This document shows positions 48,684 through 60,658 of a DNA stretch of 64,000 nucleotides, piece by piece. The stretch covers positions 11,718,001 to 11,782,000 of the forward strand of contig NC_043003.1 in the NCBI RefSeq assembly GCF_006345805.1, written 5' to 3'. The stretch's first letter is position 1. The number at the start of each line of letters is the position of its first letter. This DNA comes from Octopus sinensis. Taxonomy: Eukaryota. The position numbers and the translations under genes were made by a program. A model generated the notes under the pieces. The model was given only the letters and a program-made list of their open reading frames with translations, was not told the origin of the DNA and made no database searches.

Positions 48684-49194
48684 ATATGTACATACATAGG
48701 CATAAACACAATTTTATGAATTAATTTACTGAAATGAAAAATAAAAAAAAAAGGTCCCCAAAAACTAAATATGTATTAAAACAAAAAAAAAAAAAAGAGG
48801 GGGGTACAAAAACCTTGTGATTTACTTTTTGGACCTTGTCTTTATGCTGGACCCAACATCTTAAATATTTGCTGGGGCCAGCAGCTCTTGTTTATCTGTA
48901 CATGTATGATGGCCTATTTTTTTATATATATATATATATATATAAGGGTATTAGTTTGGATCAGTTTTGTTTTATCATGCTAGCCTAGGTTTCAGAATTT
49001 AAAGAAAAAAAAAAGCAGAAAAAAAAAAATAGCCAGACAATGATTGTATTATTGGCAGAATGATAAATAAAATTAAATAAAAAGAAAAATAACAGAAAAA
49101 TAAACAAAGTTTTAATACACAATGTTGTTATTGTTTTGTGTTTTTTTGTTATTTATTATTTGAAATTTCTGGTTTTTTTTTATTTCTTGTTGTT

Positions 49195-49462
49195 CATCAT
49201 CATCATCATCGTTTAGCATCCACCTTCCATGCTGGCATAAGTCGGACAGTTTGATAGGAGCTGGCATGGCAAAAGACTACACCAGACCTCTGTGTCTGTT
49301 TTGGCAGGGTTTTTATGGCTGGATGCCCTTCCTACCCCTATCCTCCCCTCCTGAGTGGACAGTGTTTTTTTACATGGCACCAACAGAGGCGAGGTCAGTT
49401 TTGGTAAGGTTTTTACAGCTGGATGCCCTTCCAAATGCCAACCACTTTACAGTGTGGACTGG
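49195..49462 (-). mobile_element. RTE-type 3' fragment with internal duplication
   Basis: (CAT)nCGTTTAGCATCCACCTTCCATGCTGGCAT; GCTGGATGCCCTTCC occurs twice (about 49318 and 49419). Confidence 0.7.
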
Positions 49463-49879
49463 ATGATTTTTATGTTGATACTAGCTGCTGGACCCAGTGT
49501 TGCTCATGTTTTCCATGTTGAAGTTAAGCCCACCTCTGACCTTTTTTCGAAATCTACATTCCCTGTGCCAACTATTACCCATTGAGATGTATCTGGTTCG
49601 ACAGGCTATTGCAGGATGAGTAGACATGTGGCAGGCGGAGGAAAAATGGTCAGAGCAGGCAATGGAGTTTTGTTGACGGAGCGGAGTTTTTGCAGCCAAC
49701 AATGTGTTCAGTGGTGCAGAGGACACAAATGTAAATAAGCATTTCTTTAGAGACTATTCTATCGATTTTCTTGAAATTTTACAGGTGAAAAAATGCAAAA
49801 GCTGCAGGAAAAATAACATCATTATGGGAATTTCCATTCAAACGCCTGACTGAGCTCACAAAACTCGATGCCAACTGAG

Positions 49880-50093
49880 CATTATTGAGTTTTCAAAAAA
49901 TTTCAGCTTTATTTGAACTTCAGGGCATGTGATCTACCTATGTGCCAAAAATCATTAAAATTGGTTGGGCAGTGTGGGAGGAGTTAGAGTAACCTCAAAC
50001 ACACACACAGACACCATTACACTTTTTTTTTTCTCTCTAGTTTCAGCTCAGAGCTGCGGCCATGCTGATGCACCGCCGTTTATGTATATAGAT
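49880..50093 (+). mobile_element. Helentron-like 3' end interrupted by a CR1-type tail (50023-50077, minus)
   Basis: GTGTGGGAGGAGTTAG..ACACAGACAC and GTTTATGTATATAGAT resemble the 20566-20635 end; insert is the reverse complement of GGCGGTGCATCAGCATGGCCGCAGCTCTGAGCTGAAACTAG. Confidence 0.55.
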
Positions 50094-50242
50094 TTCAAAA
50101 ACCATCTTCTATGTTTGGGAGATGATAAAGTCTCTCTACTTAGCCACCAGCAGCTTCACAACCCTTTAGCATTCAAATTATTCTCCAAAATATAATCTTT
50201 CATCTTTCACTTGTTTCAGAATGTGACTATTGTTTTAGAATG

Positions 50243-50373
50243 CACCCACTACACTCTCGGAGTGGTTGGCGTTAGGAAGGGCATCCAGCTGTAGAAACAT
50301 TGCCAGATCAGATTTGAGCCTGGTAACCCATGCCAGCATGGAAAACGGACATTAAACGATGATGATGATGATG
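50243..50373 (+). mobile_element. RTE-type 3' tail
   Basis: CACCCACTACACTCTCGGAGTGGTTGGCGTTAGGAAGGGCATCC...(GAT)n. Confidence 0.8.
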
Positions 50374-50602
50374 AGCAGGCTGTCCTATTAATCAGATTAG
50401 GTAGAGTACTCATTGTCGTAACTGACAGATTGCCAACTAGCAATGAGTAGTAACAATGGTTTAGCTAATCCCAGAAAGATAACTGCAAGGTTTGTACTTG
50501 TATGGTTTATACTAAGAAGCAAGTCCTAGCAGTAATTTGCCAAAACACATGCATTTTAAAAAGCACAAAATACTATATATGTTTTCTGTATTTTATTATC
50601 TG

Positions 50603-50890
50603 TGTGGCTCAGTGGTTAGAGCATGAGGTTCACAATCTCAAAGAAAGTTCAATTCCCGGACTGAGCTATGAGTTGTGTTCTTGAACAAAACACTTTATTT
50701 CACGTTGCTCCAATTCAATCGTCTCTAATAATGAGTTTTGACATCACTGGTGCCAAGCTGTATCGGCTTGTGTGAATGGGGGACTGTTGGTCTTTCATAA
50801 ACAACCTTGCCTGGACTTGTGCCTCAGACAGGAACTTTCTAGGTGCAATCCCATGGTCATTCATGACCTAAGGGGGTCTTTACCCTTTTA
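50603..50890 (+). mobile_element. SINE-D-like, plus strand, different 3' half
   Basis: GTGGCTCAGTGGTTAGAGC head, AGTTCAATTCCC B box, GTGTTCTTGAACAAAACACTTTATTTCACGTTGCTCCA. Confidence 0.6.
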
Positions 50891-51318
50891 TCATATTTTA
50901 TATATATATATATATATATGCTTGGATAATAAGTGTGGGAGAGCTACACCTAATGATTGGTTTCATTCATTTGTCACTGAATTTCTGGACCTGTTGCAAG
51001 ATGGATAATGATGTTTGGAGGTGTTCTGAGGATGTTCCAGCATGGCCAGAGTAATCCACATATCTCATGCTCTGAGGTACACATTTCACAACAACATTGC
51101 AAGATATTTCTTTACTCCTTATTAAAATTTGACCACTGATGCTTATATGTTCTTCATGAATTCCTTGAGAAGTCCAGTCTTCATATCTCTAACGGGACAG
51201 ACAAGCCCATAAAGAATTTCACAGAGAGTTTAAGAGTTTTTGACTATCCTCAACATAGTTTAGCATACTAGCACCTTTACCCAAGAAGTTACACAAAGCT
51301 GTATGTCTGTTAAGTGCA

Positions 51319-51462
51319 CAGTCATCAATTCACTGCGGGGCAAAGTTCACCGTCATCAATTCACCGTTTATTTTTCTATAAAACTGTTTTTAACTATTAA
51401 TGGTGAGGTACTATACATGGTGAATTGATGGTAGTGAACTTTCCCTGTGGTGAACTTATCTG
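51319..51462. mobile_element. Short hairpin MITE with TTCACC subterminal repeats
   Basis: ~45-bp imperfect inverted arms (..AAAGTTCACCGTCATCAATTCACC / GGTGAATTGATGGTAGTGAACTTT..). Confidence 0.6.
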
Positions 51463-51559
51463 TAATCACAGAACTGCATTTAAGCAATTTGTGGAGTCTC
51501 AGCCAAGAGATGGATCTGCATCAGATGACTGTTAATTTGTCATTGAATTTATGGACTAG

Positions 51560-51826
51560 TGGATTGTGACATCTGAAGATGTAATAGTCAGAAATGATAT
51601 CTGTTATATGGTTTCTCTGGGAGTCAACTCCATACATGAAGCTGCATATGACTTCCTGCCCTTGAATACAAACCTGGTGAAGAAGGTGGGAGGGAATTAG
51701 ATAACTCTAATATACACACTCTGCCAAAGCAAGCAGACTGTGGATCATATCCTGAGTTCATGCAAAGTGGAATTAACCCAAGCGAGGCACACATGGAGAC
51801 ACAATCAGGTACTTAAAGAGATCTTA
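51560..51826 (+). pseudogene. Decayed HERO/NeSL-type (R2 superfamily, RLE) retrotransposon fragment, zinc-knuckle region
   Basis: 51641-51826 one frame: AAYDFLPLNTNLVKKVGGN*ITLIYTLCQSKQTVDHILSSCKVELTQARHTWRHNQVLKEIL, matching YD.LP...NL..W...C.LC...T..HILS.C......RY.WRHNQVL; one stop, first Cys lost. Confidence 0.8.
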
Positions 51827-51896
51827 CATGTGCACTTTCATACATATACACCTCAGATGTGAGTGCATGTATATATATATATATATATACATGCAT

Positions 51897-52060
51897 ATCA
51901 TCATCATTTATGTCTGTCATCCATGCTGGCATGGGTTGGACAGTTCTATCAAAGCTGGCAAGCTGCATCAAATTCCAGTCTGATTTGGCATAGTTTCTAT
52001 GGCTGGATGCCCTTCCTAACACCAACCACTCTGAGAATGTAATGGGTGCTTTTATATGCT
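51897..52060 (-). mobile_element. RTE-type 3' fragment
   Basis: (CAT)n..CCATGCTGGCATGGGTTGG..GGATGCCCTTCCTAACACCAACCACTC. Confidence 0.75.
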
Positions 52061-52724
52061 ATATATATATATATATATATATATTTTCAAGAAAGTTAGA
52101 GGTTGTGAATCCAACCAACTAAGGGATAATATCTATCCAATATACTGCTGGTAGAATACCCAATTATTAATACACAAGTGTTTTTTATTGCATTACAATT
52201 ACATTACCGAGTGTACTAAATGAGTGAAGGTAAAGAGTTTATACATGTATGTATATTGTTGTAATTGTCATTTTAGTAAATAAATAAATAGACATAATAT
52301 GTCTAAAAGTTGATGAATACCACCTATTGATCCCCTCCATTTTCTTATTGCTCTGTCTGCACACACACACAACATATATGTGTGTGTGTGTGTGTGACCA
52401 ACCCGGCTCTCGGATGTTATACATCGCTGGTCACTATGCATTTTGCATCTTTTTAACTTTTAAATGATGCCACACCACTCTGATTGGAGGGCTTTTCTGT
52501 TGCAGGGTGACCCCTTTTACAGCTGAGTGGACTGGAACAATGTGAAATGAAGTTTTTTGCTCAAGAATACAACATACTACCAAGTTCTAGAATTGAACCC
52601 ATGGTCTGGTAATCATGAGTGCAACACCCTAACCAATAGGTCACATGCCTTCACACACACACATATTAAAGAGTGAAACAATCCAAAATAGTATAATGGT
52701 TTGGTAGAATCAGTAGAGTGATGA

Positions 52725-52957
52725 AGGTGGTGAGCTGGCAGAAATGTTAGCACGTCGGGCGATATGCTTATCGGTATTTCATCTGCCGTTACGTTCTGAG
52801 TTCAAATTCCGTCAAGGTCGACTTTGCCTTTCATCCTTTCAGGGTCGATAAATTAAGTACCAGTTGCCTACTGGGATCGATCTAATGGACTTAATCCCTT
52901 TGTCTGTCCTTGTTTGTCCCCTCTATGTTTAGCCCCTTGTGGGCAATAAAGAAATAA
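52725..52957 (+). mobile_element. SINE-B, tail B1
   Basis: Full head to GGCAATAAAGAAATA. Confidence 0.85.
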
Positions 52958-55329
52958 GAATCAGTTGAGCGATGGACAAAAATCTTTTCTAATTGTTAAT
53001 TGTGTATTTCTATCTTCTGACTTGAAATCTCATTAAGTCTGGTTATAGCTCTACCTTTCCAAAGTAATAAAATCTGTGTCAGGTGAGTGCGGGGTGGGTG
53101 TGTTTGATCTAATTGACTATTCCTTCCTCCAGGTTTAAGGTGCAGGAATAACTAAGTTTGCATTTGAACAACATGGTTTTAAGTTCACTTCTAACGTGTA
53201 GTAACTTGGGTGTGTCTTCTACTATAGCCCCAGATTCACCAATGATTTGTGAGTGAATTTGGTGGACAGAAACCATGCCAAGCCCATTATATCATATATC
53301 ACCATTATTTTAATGTCCATTTTTTTTTTTATTGTTGGATGGAGTTTATTAAAGTGGATTTTCTTACAGCCAGCTGCCCGTCCTGTCACCAGTCTTTATC
53401 TGTTTCCAATCAAAGTAATATTTCTCCATGACCAGACATGTTTTCACAGCCTTATTAGACGACTTGGTAGTCAGAAACTGGAAGAAGCCCATTTTATATA
53501 TATATAAAGCAAAATAAGCAACAGGATATCCAGAGGTACAATCATTTCAAGCGACTCCATTTAATTAAACAATGCAATCATTACATCAATTTAAAATGCA
53601 GAGCAATCCTCAGCTGCATAAATACATAGGATTGAATTAAATTAAAACAGATGGACACATTAGTATGATTTTACCTAAAAAAACTCCAAGAAGGTAAGGA
53701 GATAGACAAAGACCATGGTGTCTTCACTTCAGCTTATATATATATATATATATATATGTGTATATATATATGTGTGTGTGCTTGTGTGCCTACCTTTTTC
53801 TTGTAAAATGACCATCTCTGTCATCCTGTGTTTGTTTCCAATATTGTGGCCATATCTGACCATGGGGAAATATTACCTTACTTGGAAATAGCTGAAGGTT
53901 GGTGATAGGAGGGACATCCCATCATAGAAAATCTACCTCTATAAATTCCATCTGACCCATTCAAGCAAAAGAGAATGGACATTATGATAATAATACATAG
54001 AGTTAGAATGAATGCTGTAGAATGAAACACCAGCATGTTTGTATCCATTTGATGACACTGATGTCCTTCAGAATGACACATAATATTTATAGATTAAATT
54101 AATTCTTTGCCTCTAAGTACCTTAATGCTGTGACTCTCCAACTAGAATGAAAAAAAATTTTTTTTAAAAAGACCCACATTAGAAATAGAATTTGACACTC
54201 CTACTTCTTTATTGATAAGACCAAAACTTATCATTCATTTCAATTTACCGGAGTGCTGGACAAATTTACAAGATTTAAAACCATCCTACTTTATATTAAA
54301 ATAAATAATTTGTCTGCCTCTTTATTAATCCTCACAACCTCATCCACGTGAGAAAAGTTGTATTAACGCACAATAAAGTCTTTTTAAATATGTCAACATT
54401 CACACACCTTTTATTTTGGAATATTTTGAGATAAACGCAGGGTTTTAATTCTAGGTATATTGAAATATTGAAGTAACGTAACATGAATATGGAAAAAGAA
54501 ATGTATCTTAAGAGCTGAAGTTTGAGACTAGAGTTCACTTCAAAATATTTATTATTTTATATTGATGTCTGCTTAAGTCAATGTTGTAACGACAGTTAAG
54601 ACCAAAAAGAAGCATCAAGAAATAAAGGAACGTGAAGAATGAAACCTGCGTCAAAAAATAAGGACACAGACATTAAGCAAGATTTTCAGGGGAGGTAACT
54701 ATGCTGGAAATTATTTCCATGGGAGGCAATTCATGACGACCAGTTTATATTACGATATAAATTATATATAAAATATATATAAATAGTGAGAGAATACCAT
54801 ATGCAAACTACAGCGATGTGAAAAATAATAATTGAAAGTTAAACAAAGGGATAATGATAAATGAAAGGTTTTAGGTTAGTAAAAACAATTAATTGGCGAA
54901 AAAATTCGAAGAAAATTAAGTGGAACGAGCGTTCAATTGGAAATCTGTTCAAAAGAACAGGATTTGAATAATAAATTTTAAAATATAGAAATTATTCATA
55001 ATATTTTATCTTATAAGTTTAATATGTTGAATAATTAAGTTTGTTTTTTTCTTTTTTTTTTTTCGACGTAGAAAAATTATTAACATCATTTGAAAATTTG
55101 CTATATGACTTACATAAACGCCTGGACTTCAGTGGTAGATAAGATTAAATTATTGTTAAGTATTTCGAAATAAATCATTCTATTAGATAAAGTTTATATC
55201 AACTCTTCGTAATTTCAGTAGCAATTTAAAAACAGTGAAGTCAACAACTTTGACAGGTCAAAGGCAGAAGTTACCTCCCCTAAGAAATATTTCTTTGTTC
55301 TTAGTTATCTCCCTTTAGCTATATTTTCA

Positions 55330-55487
55330 CGAATTCTTAACTTACCTTTATTTGTTTCAGTCATTTGACTGTGGCCATATTGGAACACCGCCTTTAGTCG
55401 AGCAAATCGACCCCAGAACTTATTCTTTGTAAGCCTAATACTTATTCTATTAGTCTTTTTTGCCGAACCGCTCAGATACGGGGGACT
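55330..55487 (-). mobile_element. SINE-A 3' half
   Basis: TTGTTTCAGTCATTTGACTGTGGCCAT..CTTATTCTTTGTAAGCC. Confidence 0.8.
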
Positions 55488-56254
55488 ATCCGAAATAAAT
55501 GAAGGGTGACAAACTTGACTCCGAGTGCAAATCTTATTTTGCAATGAAATGCTTTTTGAAATGCTTTTTACTTCATCTTTCTTGAGCTGACAAAACAATA
55601 AGAAAATGAATATATATCAAACTTGCTATGAATACTTTATTTTCAACAGTATTGTTCTTAATTTTGTTTAGGGTCCAAGTGAACGCAACTTAAGCACAAA
55701 TATGACGAAATGGATTTAAGCCACGATTAATCCGTCCTTTAAGGGATATATAGGACTACAACTATTTCTTTTCTAAGACAGGATATGATTTTATAGAGAT
55801 TTGGCTGTTATTTCTAGCCCAGTGAAGTTACTACGTTCGGTCGTTTTCATATTGTGCGCCTGGAACACTGGCACTTTATTGACTACAAACAGAAATCGTT
55901 GGTACATTAAACAATTGGTAATGAAATTACTTAACCAGGAATCGAACACGTGTCGCAGGCTTGATTTGACAGGGATTCCGCAGAAGTCAACATCTAAACA
56001 AGCGAAGTCAACTAAACAAGCGAAGGAAAGAAACTCTACCTGATCTGAAATGCTAGAAATATTAACCAAATCTCCTATAAATCACACCATATAGATATAA
56101 CGAAAGGACACATTGGACAACATGGTTCCTGGTACATAGAATACGGGGGTCGATCATGACAAGAATACTTTCCATCATTTGGTAGGGTTGAGTAAAGCAG
56201 ACCCAGAGTGATACGACAATGGAATCAATAAAATTGACCACACACGCATACATA

Positions 56255-56821
56255 CACTACCGTCAGAAATTAATTAGCACCCTTGATTTGCTCACCATGA
56301 AGCACGGTGGGGGTGGTCTGATGGTGTGAGGGGCGTTCAGCTACAGTGGTGTTGGGCGGCTCTATGCCGTCGAAGGCAACATCAACGCAGCAAAGTACGT
56401 TGAGATAGTACGGGATACCTCTTTGGTGGCGAGGAGTACGTGCTGGCCAGTCACCTGACCTGAACCCTATTGAGAACCTCTGGAGTCGATTGGGTAGGGA
56501 TTTGAATGTGCAGCAATACAGGAACCGACACGAGCTGTTTGGGGCACTTCTTGCTGTATGAGGGGCCATCCCTGCACAGTACCTGCAGGCACTCATAGAC
56601 AGCATGCCGACCCGCGTAGCAGCTGTCATTGCTACCAAAGGAGGAGCAACAAGATATTGACTAAATTTCACGATTAATAACAATTATGTGGTGTGCTGGG
56701 ATATGTTTTAATAAATTTTTGATTAAAAACGAGTTCGTTTCTGATAATAAGTTAATTAAATTAAGAAAATGTAAGAAAATGTAGAAATTTGAGAAGTGCT
56801 AATTAATTTCCGACGCAAGTG
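56255..56821 (+). mobile_element. Internally deleted Tc1-family transposon (567 bp)
   Basis: 26-bp TIRs (23/26) CACTACCGTCAGAAATTAATTAGCAC with TA on both sides; transposase remnants MKHGGGGLMV*GAFSYSGVG and QSPDLNPIENLW...SMPTRVAAVIATKGGATRY* (56297-56660). Confidence 0.93.
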
Positions 56822-56829
56822 TATATATT

Positions 56830-57055
56830 CAGCCTCTTTCTTCCGGCCATTTCACTATGTTGAACCGTTAATCTCTATACATTTTCTCTCTCTCCGTCTT
56901 CTTTTAATCCTCTGTCCATTTTCCCCACTCTTAATCCTTTCTGTCGAAGAGCGTAGGCTCGAAACGTAAAATACTTCTCCATTCTTCCCCAGCGTTAAAC
57001 TAATACACTTGCTTGTTCCTACACCCATGTTCATCTTTTGTTTTCTGTTAATTTG

Positions 57056-57060
<5 letters not shown>
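56830..57060 (+). mobile_element. Penelope-like LTR remnant, family H3 (copy 3, CpG intact)
   Basis: CTTTCTGTCGAAGAGCGTAGGCTCGAAACGTAAAA at 56937-56971. Confidence 0.55.
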
Positions 57061-57100
<40 letters not shown>

Positions 57101-57104
57101 CACA

Positions 57105-57450
57105 CTTTTGTTTTAATCATTAGACAGCGGCCATGGTGGGGCAACAACCTGAAGGGCTTTAGTCAAACGAATCGACTCTGGTACTTACTTTTTTTAAAAC
57201 CCTGTTACCTACTGAAATGGCCCCTTACGCTGAATCACCAACTAACGGGATTAACACCGGTTGCCAAGTAGTGGGGGTGGGGGTGTTTACAAACTTCTTT
57301 CAGTTTGCGTCTACTAAATCCACTCACGAGGCTTTAGTCGCCCTCGAAGCTATAGTAGAAAACACTTGCCCAAGGTGCCGCGCAGTGGGACTGAACCCAG
57401 AACCATATGGGTGAGAAGTAAGCTTTTTACCACACACATACGCCTCCCCC
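57105..57450 (-). mobile_element. SINE-A variant
   Basis: CTTGCCCAAGGTGCCGCGCAGTGGGACTGAACC core-like segment and B box; variant tail. Confidence 0.75.
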
Positions 57451-57759
57451 ACCCACATACGGTGAATTGGCCGAGTTGTTAGAGAGTCGAGAAGAGTATC
57501 TTGCAGTATCTGTTCCGGTTCGTTGTGCACCGTGTTCAAATACTGCCAAGATCAGATTTATCTTTTATCCTTTCGATGAAGAATGTAAAAAACATCAGCT
57601 GTGGTCAGAATTGGTGTGGGGTGGGCTCTGCGAGGTCGAAAAAGTACTCAACACTGCAGCCATGGGCTCTGGACTTATGCTGGAGTTCAGAGTCCATGTC
57701 ACATCACACACACATTAATATTTATACAATACAGTGTCGTATGCTCATTTCAGTTCCCA

Positions 57760-57958
57760 ATCGGTTTCGTACACGAAAAGTGTGCAGAAAGTGAAGGGCG
57801 ACGGCTCTCTGCTACTGGAGGTCAGGAAGTGTTACATCCGGTTTGAGAATGTTGTGAAAAAACGAAATGGAAAAAAGCCTTCGAAGACGTTCAGAGGATA
57901 GATTTATCTAGATTTAATGCCTTTTCCGCCAGGATCAGAGTGTTGTCATAGTGTAAGA
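57760..57958 (+). promoter_or_regulatory. Candidate CpG-rich promoter/first exon with inverted ETS-site pair
   Basis: CAGGAAGT (57823-57830) and ACATCCGG (57834-57841) 3 bp apart; donor-like AGT|GTAAGA at 57953; non-repetitive and CpG-rich. Confidence 0.3.
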
Positions 57959-58153
57959 GATAGCTGATGACAAGGTGGGGTTGGGATTTGAATATGCGCA
58001 GTATGGGGTTGATGTGTGCTGGAGAGGGGGGGGGGCGGAAAGTGGGATCATATACGAGCACGTACATGTTTATGTCTGTGTGTATTTGCATGCAATAAGC
58101 TGGAGACAGCAAAGACTGTACTGAACCCTCAGACTGTGCTAGGGGGAAATACC

Positions 58154-58366
58154 TATCTCTTTACTGCCAACCAGGGGCTACACACTGAGGGGACAAGCAA
58201 GGACAGACAAACGGATTAAGTCGATTACATCGACCCCAGTGCGTAACTGGTACTTAAAAGGCAAAGTCGACCTCGGCGGAATTTGAACTCAGAACGTAGC
58301 AACAGACGAAATACTGCTAAGCATTTCGCCCGGCGTGCTAACGTTTCTGCCAGCTCACCACCCTTA
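58154..58366 (-). mobile_element. SINE-B tail B1 with 15-bp TSD
   Basis: CTAGGGGGAAATACC (58139-58153) and CTAGGGGGAGATACC (58367-58381). Confidence 0.88.
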
Positions 58367-59245
58367 CTAGGGGGAGATACCGATAGTGGAAACTCAAATG
58401 TTTATAATTATGGTACAGTCCACCAGTATCTAAGCATATATTTTCTTTCATGTGAGCAATGTGCGTTTAGATGAATTGTAGGTTGTTATTGAACCACCTA
58501 ATAAGACTCCAAAGAATCGCTAACTAACGGGATAAACACCGGTTGCCAAATAGTGTGTGTGGGGGGTTTACAAACAAATACAAATGTATCTATACGATGG
58601 GCTTCTTTCAGTTTGCGTCTACTAAATCCACTCACGAGGCTTTAGTCGCCACTCACGAGGCTTTAGTGGTTGGCAGTAATCCCAGACGGAAAACACACAC
58701 GAGCAAGGTTGTCTTAGACACTTTTATTTGTGGCCACGCGTACACATCCAAAGCAATGACAAACAGAATAGTTGGTTTGTAAGGGCCATGGTCTTCTGAG
58801 CTTTGCTCCTATCTGGTAGCAGGCCTGTGGCCAAAGATAGAGTCACTCAAGTTGCGTCCTCATAGGTTGCGTGTCCATGCAGAAAAGAAGAAGAGATGAG
58901 GTCACGTGTCTGAACCTCATTGTTGTGTAGCGCCCTCTCTCTGTATAGCCAGTTTGTTTACCCCTGTCAAGGTGGGTAATACGCCTACATGTATAAATAT
59001 ATATACTGATATGTGTGTGCATGTGAATCGGGGAATGATATGCAGATCAACGATAAAACTGATAAATGCTTCATCATGGGCTAAAAATACATTGCAACAA
59101 TGAATCTGCCAGCCTTGTCTCTTGAACCATAAGAAATGCAGCGAACCAGGGACGACTTGTTTGGAAAGTGAAACCAGCAACGCTGACATTAAACAAACAA
59201 ACAAACAAACAAACACACAAACAAACAAACAAACAAACAAACAAA

Positions 59246-59281
<36 letters not shown>

Positions 59282-59772
59282 TGCGCGTGCGTGTATGTAT
59301 ATATGTTTGTATCATGGAAAACTTGCTGTAGATGCAGAAGGTATATTCACGTTTTGCTTATTCCCGAATACCTCAACACTTCGTCAGTTCGCTGACCAGG
59401 TCAATGACGAAATATTATAAGCCTGACCAAATTTTATAAGCTTTAGGTTTTCCTTTTTCTTTTGGTCATGGACCTGACCCATGACATTACGTCACACACA
59501 CACACGTACATATATACACACATACCCATTCACACGCACACATCCACGCACACGCATACACACACATTCAAATACTTACACATAAATGCACGCACATACA
59601 TTCACACACACACACACACACAGGTGTGAGAGCAAAAAGCCCGTTTTCCAACCACGTGGTTCCGTCCTATTGCATGGCACCATGGGTAAGGGTCCTCTAC
59701 TATAGCCCCGGACCAACCAATGCCTGGTGAGCAAATGTGGCAAACGGAAACTGTGTAGAAGCGTGTCGTGTA

Positions 59773-59819
<47 letters not shown>

Positions 59820-59821
<2 letters not shown>

Positions 59822-60210
59822 CCTTTCTACTAAAGGCACAAGGCCTGAAATTTGTGGGGAGGGAACTAGTCAATGACATCGACCCCAGTGTTTCACTGGT
59901 ACTTATCGACTCCTAAAGAATGAAAGGCAACGTCGACCTCGGCGGAATTTGAACTCAGAACGTTTCGACAGACGAAATACCTATTTCTTTACTACCCACA
60001 AGGGGCTAAACACAGAGAGGACAAGGACAGACAAACGGATTAAGTCGATTATATCGACCCCAGTGCTTAACTGGTACTTAATTTATCGACCCCGAAAGGA
60101 TGAAAGGCAAAGTCGACCTCATCGGAATTTGATCTCAGAACGAAACGGCAGACGAAATACCGCTAAGCATTTCGCCCGGCGTGCTAACGATTCTGCTAGC
60201 TTGCCGTCTT
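59820..60210 (-). mobile_element. SINE-B B1-into-B2 composite
   Basis: Junction GAAATACC|TATTTCTTT at 59981/2. Confidence 0.85.
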
Positions 60211-60221
60211 ATACATATCAC

Positions 60222-60426
60222 ACTGTGTGGTAAGTAGCTTGCTTACCAACCACATGGTTCCGGATTCAGTCCCTCTGCGTGGCACCTTGGGAAAGTGTCT
60301 TCTGCTATAGCCTCGGGCCGACCAAAGCCTTGTGAGTGGATTTGGAAGACGGAAACTGAAAGAAGCACGTCGTGTGTGTATGTGTGTGTGTGTATATATA
60401 TATATATATTATATATATATATATAT

Positions 60427-60458
<32 letters not shown>

Positions 60459-60658
60459 CGCGCGTGCGTTTGTTCCCCCAACATCGCTTGACAACCAATA
60501 CTGGTGTGTTTACCGCCCCGTAACTTAGCGGTTCTGCAAAAGAGAACCGATAGAATAAGTACTAGGCTTACAAAGAATAAGTCCTGGGGTAGATTTGCTC
60601 GACTAAAAGTGGTGCTCCAGCATTGCCACAGACAAATGACTGAAACAAGTAAAAAGGA
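60222..60658 (+). mobile_element. SINE-A, full length
   Basis: Head, core-like segment, expanded microsatellite, tail. Confidence 0.9.

Noticed and set aside
49480-49740. GC-richer segment with faint similarity (EFC..SGVFAANNVF) to an APE endonuclease motif
   Set aside because: Too short and interrupted by stops to support a call.
51565-51610. CTGAAGA...GAAA hammerhead-like spacing
   Set aside because: Stem II only 2 bp, stem I needs a bulge at the core, and it lies within retroelement coding remnant; likely chance.
56270-56683. 137-aa minus-strand ORF
   Set aside because: Antisense to the Tc1 transposase remnant.
58740-58990. Possible decayed L1/Tx1 zinc-knuckle region
   Set aside because: Only a vague CPC..EEE pattern with stops in all frames.
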